Shown piece after piece: positions 1-11,135 of a stretch of DNA of 64,000 nucleotides. The notes under the pieces are model-generated. The model was not told the DNA's origin, searched no databases, and saw nothing but the letters and a program-made list of their open reading frames with translations. Positions within the stretch are counted from its first letter, which is position 1. Each line of letters opens with the position of its first letter. The DNA is taken from NCBI GenBank assembly GCA_965240325.2, contig OZ251225.1:1302001-1366000 (forward strand), written 5' to 3'. Origin of the DNA: Rebecca billardiae RCC1528. Its lineage: Eukaryota > Protista > Haptophyta. A program made the translations under genes and the position numbers.

Positions 1-504
1 GCCGCCCTCGCCGCCGCCCTCACCGCCGCCCTCGCCGCCGCCCCCGCCGCCGGCCTCGCCGCCGCCCTCGCCGCCGCCCTCACCGCCGCCGCCGCCGCCA
101 CCGCCGCCACCCTCGCCGCCGCCCTCACCGCCGCCGCCCGCCCCGCCGCCACCGACGTTCTGCCAGGAACGCCCACTTTTCTGTGTTGGAGGGGTACGCG
201 CACCATCTGCGCGAGTGTCTGGGACGTACGGTTTTCCCCTGGGTTTATCGGCAGGCGCTCCGCGCAAACGTGCCCACGCCAGCCCACGCCGTGCCCTGCG
301 CACTTGTACATCGCTCACCCGCTCTCGCTCCCTCCCGCTCGCGGATGGTGTTGGCAGGGCATTCGCATTATGCGCAAGTACGTCAAACCGTTCCTCCAGT
401 ACCTGCAGGTGCTCAAGGTTCGCGCACTGTGCACCTTCCTCGTGACAGCGTTCGCGCTTGGAGACCAGTGCGACGCCGTCGACGGGAAAGTGGCACCGTC
501 CTGA
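1..504 (+). CDS. 3' end of a proline-rich (PPSPPP, extensin/pherophorin-like) protein; partial, probable join(<1..193,358..504)
   Basis: Frame from position 2 reads PPSPPP repeats then TFCQERPLFCVGG. A GTACGC donor at 194 and TTGGCAG acceptor at 357 join in phase to GIRIMRKYVKPF...VAPS*. An extra micro-exon cannot be excluded. Confidence 0.6.
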   Translation, partial: AALAAALTAALAAAPAAGLAAALAAALTAAAAATAATLAAALTAAARPAATDVLPGTPTFLCWRGTRTICASVWDVRFSPGFIGRRSAQTCPRQPTPCPAHLYIAHPLSLPPARGWCWQGIRIMRKYVKPFLQYLQVLKVRALCTFLVTAFALGDQCDAVDGKVAPS

Positions 505-811
505 ACGCAAATAAGCGGCGCACGGCGCCCTGACAGCAACCTCTCTGGAGTCGTGCATCGACGACCATCATCACTGGCCGCCTTAGTGCACGGCCGGCCC
601 CCAGCGCAAGTCGGAACAATCCGCCGCGGCGCGCAATAATCATCAAGTCCGCCGCAGCCTTCAGCATCGTTCAAGCCAGCAGACTACGATTCAAGACTAT
701 CGATTCAAGTCGCGTGTCAGCGCGGCCGCGCAGGTCCGACTGCCTGACACCACTAGTAGTAGTGGCATCGTCACTTCCGATTGATCCGATCGTCTATTAA
801 ATAGTACGTAG

Positions 812-895
<84 letters not shown>
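812..895. repeat. (TA)n microsatellite
   Basis: Directly visible, with one interruption near 839. Confidence 0.98.
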
Positions 896-897
<2 letters not shown>

Positions 898-993
898 CCG
901 CGTTCCGCGGTCCTTCCGTAGAACCAACGTAGTTAGGGGCCCGCGGTGCAACCTCCGTCGGCTGCTGTCGATCAGTCTGACACTCTGACTGAC

Positions 994-2176
994 ATGGCGG
1001 GCCGAGGACTGTCGCCGCGGGCTTGGGACGTCAACCCCCGAACCGGTCCGGAGCGATTGCGCCTCCCGGATGACACCCCCCCCCAGTGGGGGGTGTCATC
1101 CGGCGCGCCGCCTGCTGCGCCAACGGCGTCAGGCCAGGCGTGCGCCTCGCCGTCGCCAAAGGCGCTTACGCCGCTGCGGCGGGCATGGCGCGCGTCAATC
1201 TGACTGACGGCCTCCCAGACGGCGTGATCCTCGCGCGCGAGGACGGCGCGCTGTCCGTGTACACTGCCCGCTTCACAGCCGGTGCTGGGGGCGACCTCCG
1301 CTTCGCAGGCGCGCCCGCTCCTGGAGCGATTGCGCTCCATGCTGTGCGCGTGGCGGATTGGTTCCCGACGCCGGCCAAATGCAAGGGCACCGGCGGGTTC
1401 CTGCTTTCCGGCGCCGCAGATGCGCTCGGCCTCATCGTCGGCTTCGAGGTGGTCCGCGAGCCCGCCCACTTCCGCTCGATCGAAACCGCGGTTGAGTGGC
1501 GCGGCGCTGGCGCCGAGCGGAAGCGGGTGTTTCGAAATGTGATGTGGATGCAGCCAGCCCGCGACAGCTGTGTGCGCCGTGCGGCAGCTGCTCGTACGCC
1601 CGGCGGTGTGCGCGCTGTCGGCGGCGCACAAGGATGCGCTCAAGCCTCTCGACGGCCAGGTGACGGCTGGCGACCTGATGCCCGCGCTCGTCGCGGCCGC
1701 GGCACGCCTCTTGCCTGGTCTCGAGGTGCCGGCGCCGCCGGCCGCGGCCGCGCCCGCAGAGCACGCGGGTACGGCAGCAGCGGCGAGAGATGGAACCGCC
1801 GTCGATGGGCTCGACGCCCACCTAGAAGAAGACGAAGAAGTCCGGCGCGGGCGATGGCGGCAGCGCGAGCGCGCGCGCGTGCCCCGCGCCAGCGCTGGCA
1901 CAGTGCACCGCATGCCGCGCGCTCGGCATCTGCGAGTGGGTGAGGAACGGGCATGCGAGCAGCGCCTGCCCGTGCGCGTCACCGCCTCCGGGTGCGTCGT
2001 CGAGCGAGATCATGCCACGGCAGGCGGCGGCCAAGCACGAGTCCGCCATCGCCACCGCGATGAAGTTCTCGGTCAAGACGGAGACGCGCGCGGACCGTCT
2101 GTCGTGCCCGAGCTCACCTCTGCACGGCGCGCGTGCTGCGCGCTTTGGCGCGCCGCTTAAACTACTGTACCGATAA
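994..2176 (+). pseudogene. Frameshifted ORF of unknown function inside the 896-4873 element
   Basis: Protein-like segments switch frame (MARVNLTDGLPDGVILARED...VMWMQPARDS, then AVRQLLVRPAVCALSAAHKDALKP...LEEDEE, then ...TAMKFSVKTETR) without obvious introns. Confidence 0.4.
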
Positions 2177-2865
2177 ATGCATATGTGATGATGAGCGCTG
2201 ATGACACTGATGCATCAGCAAATCGCGCAGTGATGATGACGATGTATATGTAAATCAACCAGGCTGTGCAGTTTGATTTTAATGCGACTACGACTATCCG
2301 AGCAGGTCGCTACGCGGCCCACGGCCACCGCGTCCGCGGCACCGACTACGTCTACTGTACTGTGGCAGGCGGCACGCGCGCGCGCGCGCACGCCACCGAC
2401 GCCAGCAGAGACAGAAGAACCGGTCTGGTGGGTACGAAGTGGTCGAACGCGAGCGTCCACAGCGGCATCGCCTGCGTCTGGCGTGATGAACTCGGAGCGG
2501 AAGGTCGAGAGTCGACAAGGCCCATGTGCCGGGACGTCACAGAGCAGGGCCGCTCGGCACTCCTCGGCAGCATCGACGACATGGCGGCCCGTATCAGCGT
2601 GCCCATGGGGCATCTTGGACCGGGGTACTCACAGACGACCCCCAGGCTGCGGCTGGCACCGATTCGCCCGCTGGGAAGCGAAGGATGCCTCCATGCAGAG
2701 CATACCCTGCGGGCTGCCGCGAGGTGCACCAGTCGTGAGTTACGCGCGCAGTGCGCGAGCACTTGCCAGTGGCAAGGGCGCGCGCAGAACGCCGGGCGCG
2801 TGCGCCCGAGCGGTGTATAACATGCGTGCCCACTCGCCCATGCCGTGCCCCGACCTTAATTGGCC

Positions 2866-4130
2866 CTATCCGCGCCGAGCGCGCGCCCTTGGTGCGCGCG
2901 CCGGCTCGCTTGGCAGGCGTTGATGGCTTGGCAGCGGGCTACTGCGCGCGGCGAGGAGCGCGAGAGGACAGGAAAAGAGGCGCGCGCGGTGCCCACGTGT
3001 CCTGTGGACCGCGCCGATCAGCCGCGCCGGCCTGCAGCGCCGGTAGGCGGGCGCACGCGCGCCTCTCGTGGGCGCGCCATCGTGTCCGGGCCGCGGCGAG
3101 CCCGATCTCGGGGGTTGACGTCCCAAGCCGCGGGCCGCGCGGCGGGAAGCGCGGCCGCCGGGGCGGCGCGCGCGCGCAGGGCGAGAGGCGCCGCGCGGCG
3201 CGGGCCGGCGCGGGCGGGCGTGCGGGCGCACCTGCTTGAGGTGCTCGCGCTGCGCCATGCGCTCGACGACGGGCCGCTGGTCGCTCAGCCGGCGCGCTTC
3301 GTGCCCGGGCAGAGCGAGAGCGCGCGCCACTCGGCCAGCGGGCACTGCTGGCCCCGCGGCCCCGGTGCGCTGCGCAGCCGCGCACCGATCGCCAGAGGCG
3401 AGACCGAGCGGGAGCTCGGAGTGGAACGAGGCGAGCGGCGCGTCGCGCCTGCCGCCGCGCGTGCGCGCCTGCTCCACCGCGCCGCGCCGTGCTCGCCCGC
3501 CGCCTCCTCGTCCGCCGGCGTCGGCCTCGAAGCCACGCAGCGGCGGCGGCCAGCGCGGCAGGCCGTGACAATCGGCAGCCCGTGGCCGTGCGTGCTCGCC
3601 GAGTTGCTGCTGCTGCACCTCCGGCGCGGTCGACGACCGAGTTGAGGAGGAGCTCGCGCTCGGCGTCGAGGAGCGAGCTCGCGAGCTCGAGCTCGCCCTT
3701 CAGCCGCACTACTAGCTCCGGGCGGCATCCGGCTCATCTCCGCTGCGCCTGCGGCGTGCCGTCGCGGCACGCTCCCGTCCTCATTCCTCAAGCGACGAGC
3801 TCGCGTAGTGCTCCGGACTCGGCTCGCCCTTCGCTCCTCCTCGAGCGACGAACGCGCCTGCGGGTAGGTTGTTGGGCGCGCGCCGACTCGGCGTGACTCG
3901 GCCACGCGGCCCGGCGAGACGACACGGACCGGTGGGCGCGCTCGGTGAGAGCGGAGTGCGAGGGCCGGGCGAGACGGAGTAGACGCGGGGCCTGCGAGGC
4001 GACAGGCGCGCTCGGGGAGAGCAGAGTGCGAGGGCGAGAGGCAGCGGCCGGCCGGCCTCCGCCACCACCTCGCGCACCGCGGCGTACTGCGGCGGCACGC
4101 GCACGCACGCGGTCCCGGCGGTCCGAGTCA
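2866..4130 (-). pseudogene. Frameshifted ORF remnants of unknown function inside the 896-4873 element
   Basis: Short protein-like stretches in different frames (RLKGELELASSLLDAERELLLNSVVDR; RPVVERMAQREHLKQVR). Confidence 0.3.
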
Positions 4131-4252
4131 CGGGCTCCGCAGTTCCACGCGTCGCGGTCGCGCCGGCGTCACCGGCGCCGGAGTCGTCAAGGGCCTTGCC
4201 CCAAGTGCAATTTCGTCTGCGTGCTGTATTATTCGTATCACGAATACCCTAC

Positions 4253-4340
4253 TATGGGGGTACGGAGTGATCATCTTTTCATCTGCAGTGCGCCCTTATG
4301 GGGGTACGGAGTGATCATCTTTTCATCTGCAGTGCGCCCT
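4253..4340. repeat. Perfect 2 x 44-bp tandem repeat
   Basis: tatgggggtacggagtgatcatcttttcatctgcagtgcgccct at 4253-4296 and 4297-4340. Confidence 0.97.
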
Positions 4341-5561
4341 CTACTGTAGCTAGTGGCTTCCGCGGGAACCATGTCCATTTACGACCATGCACGTTCGTCA
4401 ACCGTATCGTCGGAAGATTGAACGGGAACCCCCTTGGTAGAATACCCTGCTACTGTAGGACCCCCGTGCACATGCACTTTTAAAAAACACGCCCGGCCCT
4501 GGGTCCGGTTGGTCCCGGGCTGGCGACCAAGTTTTGTTCCGTATGAATATTTATTACAACAAATCGCAGCTAGATATTCGTTCACTACCCAGATATACTG
4601 ACAAAGGCACGTCCAGCGGTTACGTATTACTCACGTCCGTCCGTAGATACGGAATTGGAGTGGGCGCGGCTATTTCGTCAATGCGTCTGGCTAATGCAGA
4701 GCAATGGGCCAAGGTACCCCTCAAAAAAGCGAAAACTCACCCTCCGACAGCCCTCAAAATCGTCCCCCGTCCCCTTTTCTTTATTGATCAAAAGATCTTT
4801 TTGACAACGTAGTGAGGGCCCCCGGCGGGGCTCCACGCTACGCGCTCCGCCCTACACCGCGGGCCATAACTACTATATCATCCTCATCATCAACGCGATA
4901 TCGATTATCGTATATATATGATTAAACTTTCTTCAGGAATGCGCACCAGAAAAAGCCTTAACAACCCGCTGGAGTTTCGCCGTCAAATCTCGAGCCGGCC
5001 CGCCACTGTAGGGGGTCCATGACAGCAGCCCACTGATTTGTGATTTTCGACAACTATGCGATTTAGGTGTCTGACGAGCGAGGCGCTTGCGAAGGCACCC
5101 ACAAATATGTCCCGGAACCCAGCCCAGCCGTCAGAAGCACGCAAAACCGACTCCGCGTGCCGTCACGCGGTCGTGCGCGCGCGCCAGCTGCGCCACTGTG
5201 TCACATACAGATTCAGCCAAACGTCAACGACTTGTTATGGCGGCTAAATGACGGTATATCGTCAAACATACTTATTCATAACCGTTGCAACCCGCCCAAA
5301 TAAAATTACGGTGGAATTGCTGATTTTTAGAAGGCACGATGAGTGCGCGTAGAGGGCGAGGAAAAACTACTCCAAGATCGAGCATGTTACCCATTTAATT
5401 AGAGACACGTACCCGTATATATGCGCATGTCTACCCGTTTATTATATAACGCGGGTGCGTTTTAAATATATATTCAGGGTGCTGTCAATATGGGGGTACC
5501 TTGTTCACTATTCGTGCCGGGTCATCCGAATAGGCCGCGCCGCCGCGCGGAGACCGCGGGC

Positions 5562-7154
5562 TCATGCCACTCGAACCGTGCCGCAGCAGGCCCGGACGGA
5601 CCTGATGCGGGCGGCGGGCTGCGTGCCGAAGCACACTACCAAGCCCACCTCTGAGCATGCCACCATCCCCATAGTCGTGAGAGAGTCCTCCGCCATCGAG
5701 GCTTGCGTGCGCAGACTAGCAGTCGCCGCCGCCGAGCTTGCCGCGGTCCGTTCGGCGACTTCCGTGCCCGTGCTCTGTGTCACCGGCGTCGTCGCCGTTC
5801 GTCGTACCCTAGCCCACGCGAGGGCGTCACCGGTCCACCAGTACTGCGGCGGACTGCGCGCGCTTCGCCGCGCGCTCGCCCTCGAGCTCCGGCGCTCTCC
5901 TCTCGCGCTCGAACTCGGCGCAGTCGGCAGCCATGGCAGCCCGCTCGGCCGCAGCTCGATCTGTGCCCCCGCGCGCGCTGCGCTCGGTTGCGTTGGCGCG
6001 CAAGCTGGCGCGCGCAGCGTCGGCGACGGCGCGCGCGATCGCCTTGCGCGACGAGTTCAGCTCCACCTGCTGCTCCGTCAGGCGCACCTGCTGCTCCAAG
6101 ATGATCGCGTGCTCAGCAGGAGTCACGCGCTGCTCGTGCAGCTGCACCTGCACGCGGCCTGCTGCGGACGCGCGCGGCGCGCTGGCGTCGGGGGGCGAGT
6201 AGAGGTCGCGGAAGGGGCAGCTGTCGTCGCCGGCGCCCAGTGACGTGTCGTCGACATCCAGCTCCGCCTTCCTCTCCGCCGCCGACGCGCCCTGCTTCCG
6301 GCTCAGGATGCGCTCCATGTCCTCGTGCTTGCCCTTCCACCACCTGTGCACGGTCATCAGCCAGATGCCGATCACCTCGAGCCGCGGCGAGTCGTGGCGC
6401 AACGAGATGCCGAGCGCATCCACGCAGACGAGCGTGAGCGCCTTGGGCTTCTTCGTCCGACCGTCGCGCGCGGTCTGGGCGCACGCAGGGGTGAACACTC
6501 TGACCAACGGCTTGTGCTTCTTCGAGTTCTCAAGCATGAGCTCCACGAGACCACGAGCGTGCGGAGGAGGTCGAGGAGCATGAAGTCGAGCACCGATGCG
6601 TACCGCGGGCGAGTGCCGGCCACGCGCCAGCTGGTCGAGGGCTGTAGCACGTGGATGGCGCGCGCCGCCACCGCCGTCTCCTCGAGCTGCTGCGCGCTGA
6701 CGTTGACGTCAGGCCGTAGCTCGGGCCTGCACGGTTGCTCACAGTCGAGGCCGTCCGCGGAGGAGGCGAGCCCCTCGGCGGTGCCGGCAGGGACCTCGGG
6801 CGGGTCGCACACACCCATGGGCACGCGTGCATCATCATCTGCCGCGCCCTGGACCTCGTCATGCCCGGCACAGCGGTCCGCAAGTTGGTCGGCGGCAGCT
6901 GGCCCTTGCGGCAGAGGCGTCGCGGGCACGTCCGAGGGCGAGATGGCAGCGACGGGTGGGGAAGGAGACAGTGTCCAGTCGTTGTCGATGCCCATCCCAC
7001 CATATTGCGCATGTTCGTCTCCGTATTGCTCTCCTGCACGTGCTCCCAGGACGCGCTCCTTGGTCGCGAGCAGCACACGTCGAGCACGCAGATTCAAATG
7101 ATGAAGCACGAGCGTCGTTTGGCCAGCGACTCCCAGCGAGAGCCCGGTCCACAC
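5562..7154 (-). pseudogene. Fragmented cargo gene of the TIR element, unknown function, coiled-coil C-terminal part
   Basis: ORF 6372-7154 (...YASVLDFMLLDLLRTLVVS) appears to continue by frameshift into ORF 5827-6546 (ELMLENSKKHKPLVRVF...WLMTVHRWWKGKHEDMERIL...LEQQVRLTEQQVEL). Confidence 0.45.
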
Positions 7155-7404
7155 GAACCGTGGCTACGTGTCCGTGTCCACCGAGTCGCTCGGCGAGGCG
7201 CCTGCGCCGATGTGGGCGCGCCCAATGGCGAGCGGACGGCCGTCGACGAGGGCCATCAGCCTTGCCGACCCCGTTCAGAGCTCCGCTCCCGCGCCGGGCC
7301 GAGCCGAGCGCGGATTTGGAATCTGCCGATCGCGAAAACACGCCGAACAAGTTCTGAAAAGGAAAAGAAAAGAAATCAAAACTCGATTTAATCAGATGGA
7401 CCCC

Positions 7405-9245
7405 CTAGCCACTGGCGGAAACGCCACGATGCGGGCCTTCTTCCTCGTCGACCGCACGTGCGCTCTCGCGATCGTGCGACGAGCTGCGGGCAGATCGACC
7501 CGCTCTTCCTGATCGGATGCCGATATCACTCTCAGGTACGCTCGCTCGCGAGCGCGCACCCGTCTCCTCGCCGCCCTCGTCGAGCACGAGCCGATCTGCA
7601 GCAGATGTTGCACCCCGCGGCTTTGGCCGTGCTCGCGCGCGCGCGGCACGGGCGACACAAAATTTGTTTAGCGGGACCTTTGCGCGCATTCCATTCTTTG
7701 ATGGTGATACCCTTGAGCCCCGGACTAGGTCCCGCTAAACGCTTTCGCTCGTTGGCGCTGCGTGCGCGCGCAAAGGAGCCACTCCAAAGGCAGCGCACAG
7801 GCAGTTGCAGTGAGTAGTTCTCCTCCTGGGCGGCCTCCATGGCCTCGAGCGTGGTGACGAGCGCGTCGGTGACCACCACGTGGTCCACCTTGGTGGCGCC
7901 GGACAGTCCGGCCGACCCTCGCCGGACTCCACCCTTGCCGCGCGCTGACTGTTTGCCGGTCGTGCAGCTGCGCCGCCAGCCGCTCGGCGCGAGCGGCGAG
8001 CGGCCACATGGTGACACAAGATGGTCGAAGACGTGGCAGCGTGGTGGTGCGTGCGCTCGGGGGACCCCATCTGAGCTACGACACGGGAGCGCGCGCTCGT
8101 CCGTGCTCATCACGGTGGCGGACGCGCGCGCCGCGCGCTCGTCGGCTGACCCGGGCTGACGGCTGGGCTGCTTTTGGGTGTCTGCGGCGGCCACAGCTCG
8201 CCGGTACGGGCCCTATGGTGGCAGCGAATGGTACGCTGCGTTGCGCCAGATCCGTGTGCGTCGCGCACGACGCTCGGCCGGCTCGCCCTCGGACCATTGG
8301 CTGAGTTCTACTCGCCGCGCGCGCCGCGCGCAGCAGCCGCTCGGCAGCTGTTCCGGGCGCGAAGCGCGCCCCGCGCGCTGCACGTGGGCGCGACGAGGTG
8401 GTGCAGCGAGCATGCGCGAGTGTGTGCGCGTGATGGGCACCACCATGACGCTACTTGCCATGCACATCTGCCTCTCGCCACGCCTTCGACACGATAGCTG
8501 CGACTGCTGCTCGGAGGTGCGCTCGAGCGCTCACAGGCGTTTGAATCTGGGCTCGGCGGCGACCGCGTGGGCGAGGGGCAGCGCGCTGCACGGTGGCGGA
8601 GCGCGTGCGGAGCGCAGCCTACACCTCCTACACGCTCCATCCAGACACATCGCGCATGCTCGCGCGACCTCCTCGGTCCATCACGCGCGCGTGCACGCGC
8701 GAGCAGGTGTGGCAGCCGCCGGGCGCGTGCACGGCGCGCCGCGTTGGCGCGCGCGCACCGATACCCGTGCGCAGCTCGACGAGCGAGCGCGGTGTGTTTC
8801 GATGCGTATGGGGAGGCTCGAATTTGCGCGCGCGCACGCGCCGGCCCTCGCCGCCCCTTCGCTCGCCCACGCCTCATCTGCGCGCTTGGCGTTTGCAGGC
8901 AGCTGCGCATTCTTTCCGACACGTGCGCAAACGAGCAGATGGCGCTGGGCGAGGTCGATTGGTGCGTCAGATATTCGGCAACGACCAGGCCCGCTTGTGT
9001 GCCGCCGATCGTGCTACTCTCGACGACCACCTCTGGCTCGGTCGCGCGCACGAGGCTGCTCGCGGCCGAATCGTGCCGTGTACCGTCAAGCTGTACCGTG
9101 CGCGGCGATGCGCACTCAGACGTCGGCGTGGGCTGGCATGCGATCGCCCAACGAACAGCATCGACGAACGAGCATGTCGCGAGCATGGTTTGGCGCACTT
9201 CCTGGCGCGCACGGGCCGCTCCAAGGCGCGCGAGGGCGCATAACC
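7405..9245 (-). pseudogene. Further fragmented minus-strand ORFs within the TIR element
   Basis: Protein-like segments in ORFs 8308-9339, 8213-8467 and 7532-8194 (KVDHVVVTDALVTTLEAMEAAQEENY...ITIKEWNARKG...CRPC). No DDE motif recognised. Confidence 0.3.
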
Positions 9246-10053
9246 GCCGTCGTGGCCGCCGACCCCATCTTGGGCCGCGCGGGTTGTTAAGGCTTTTTCT
9301 GGTGCGCATTCCTGAAAAAAGTTCAATCATATACATCATGCTGCTAAATACGCTATATACTGCGCATCGTCAGTCTGCTACTCATGCCAGCCGTAGTCCA
9401 GTCCACCCGCCACCGTCACGTCTGGCGGGCACCTTTGTTTAAATTCCCCTTTATAACGGGCTCCGGGTGATCAGACTGGCGGCCGAAGCCTCCAGCCCTA
9501 CCCTGGCCAGCCCCCAACCAACCACCACCCTCACCCAACCTCAAACCACTGACCGATACACCAAGTGCCTTGACACCACTCCGCTGTGGACAGCCCGCCT
9601 CCAGAGGGGGCGGGGGTATGCCATTGCCGACAGCATACAAGCCCAACACTGTGGGGTGGTCCCAGGTACCAGCAGTGCACTGCCTTGCAATTCGAGATCA
9701 TCGAGTTTGAGCCGAGTCGCGGCTGGAAATCCAACAGCAGTTGTGAGTTGCCAACAGACCAACATGGACGCCGCCTGAGCTGATGTCGCCGGACCGAACG
9801 AAATAATGCGCGACGATAATGATGATGGCCGCGCCAACACCGCACGCGGCCGCAGGCGCGCGCCGTGGGCGTGAACGACGGAACGGCGAGTACACCTCTG
9901 ACCTCACCTGCCACGTCCACCACCCGGTAGTTGTCGCGGTACGTAGTTGCTGGGCGGGCGCGCCTGGGCGCACCACATGACAATGTGAAGAACCTTAGCA
10001 GTTGAACGACGGCGGACGGCATCCGCCGGCCGGAATCGGAACGACGCCCCTCG

Positions 10054-11104
10054 TCAGCCCTTGAACAGGGCGAAGAAGGCGGCGATGGCCTGGCCCACGC
10101 CCGACGCCCAGATCTCGGCGATGAAGACGCCGCACGCCTCGTTCGAGGCGATCCCCTCGAGCACCCACGGCAGCATGTGCACGAGCGAGATGAGCAGCGG
10201 CTCCTCCACGCCAAACGTGGTGGCGAGCGCGCCGAACCACGCGAGCACCATCCGCCCCGTCTTGGCGTTGCCAAACTGCCGGCCGAACGCGACCACCAGC
10301 AGCGCGCACATCGTGTAGAAGCCGAGCATGAAGAGCCACGCGAGCGCTGACTTGACGCGCTGCGACGGGTAGAACTTGGCGCGCGCGGCCGCGCGCCGCT
10401 GTCGCGCGTGCTCGGCGCGCTTCTGCTCCTGGTACCACGCCTCGAGCTCGTGCAGCTCGATCCGCCCGTTCCGGTCCGCGTCGAGCTTGCCGAAGATGCG
10501 GCGCGCGCGGCGGCGGCGCATCGGCATGCCCATCTCGTCGAGCAGCGCGATCCACTCCTCGAGGTCGATGCCGCCAGAGTTGTCGACGTCGAAGCGGCGG
10601 AAGACCGCGCGCAGCTCGCCCGTGCCGACGGCCAGCGGCGGCGGGCGGGTGCCGCCGCCGCGCCCAAAGCTGCTGCCGCCGCCGCGCCCGAAGCTGTCCT
10701 CCGCCGCCGCGCGCCCGCGCCCGCGCGCCCCAAACGAGCCGACGCCGCCGCCACCCGCCGGCGACGACGCGATCACGAGCTCCGCAGGTGCGCTCGTCGT
10801 GCGCTGCGAGCGCCGGCCGCTCCGGTCGAGGGCCGCGGGCTCGCCGGGCCGCGCGGCGGAGCGCGCGTGCGGCGGCGAGGCCGGCGGCGAGGCCGGCGGC
10901 GGGGACGGCGGCGCGTCGTCAAAGTCGAGCCGGCGCGGCCGCACCTCATCGAAGCGCGCGCCGGGCGGCGGCGGCCGAGCTGGCGGCGGCTCGGTGCGTG
11001 GCGGCGGCGGGCGGGCGCGCGCGGCGGCGGCGAACGGGTCGTAGTAGTCACTCGCGCGCGGCAGGCGCCCGGCGCTCTCGCGCGCGGGGCCGGGCGAGAT
11101 GGGC

Positions 11105-11135
<31 letters not shown>

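Larger units (their letters stand above)
896..4873 (-). mobile_element. Putative non-autonomous Helitron2/Helentron-like element (~4.0 kb)
   Basis: Imperfect inverted repeat pair 929-950 (gtagttaggggcccgcggtgca) and 4853-4873 (tacaccgcgggccataactac). The right copy also folds back on 4809-4830. A 7-bp-stem hairpin (gaccgcg-ttc-cgcggtc) lies at 896-912. TA runs flank both sides. No Rep or helicase ORF seen. Confidence 0.5.
4915..9333. mobile_element. TIR DNA transposon-like element (~4.4 kb), 55-bp TIRs, probable TA target-site duplication
   Basis: 4915-4969 (tatatgattaaactttcttcaggaatgcgcaccagaaaaagccttaacaacccgc) is the reverse complement of 9279-9333 with 2 mismatches. The outermost TA at each end may be the TSD. 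Confidence 0.8.

Noticed and set aside
4253-4340. Tandem repeats here and at 46387-46481 as CRISPR-like arrays
   Set aside because: Only two adjacent copies, no unique spacers of appropriate length, no cas genes, eukaryotic context.
4915-9333. Fanzor/TnpB nuclease or DDE transposase within the elements
   Set aside because: No RuvC I-III motifs with zinc finger, DDE triad or HUH motif could be identified in the translated frames.
9436-9764. CpG-poor segment starting TGTT and ending AACA as a solo LTR
   Set aside because: No matching 4-6-bp target-site duplication at any of the three candidate AACA ends. It may still be a TE relic but cannot be called.
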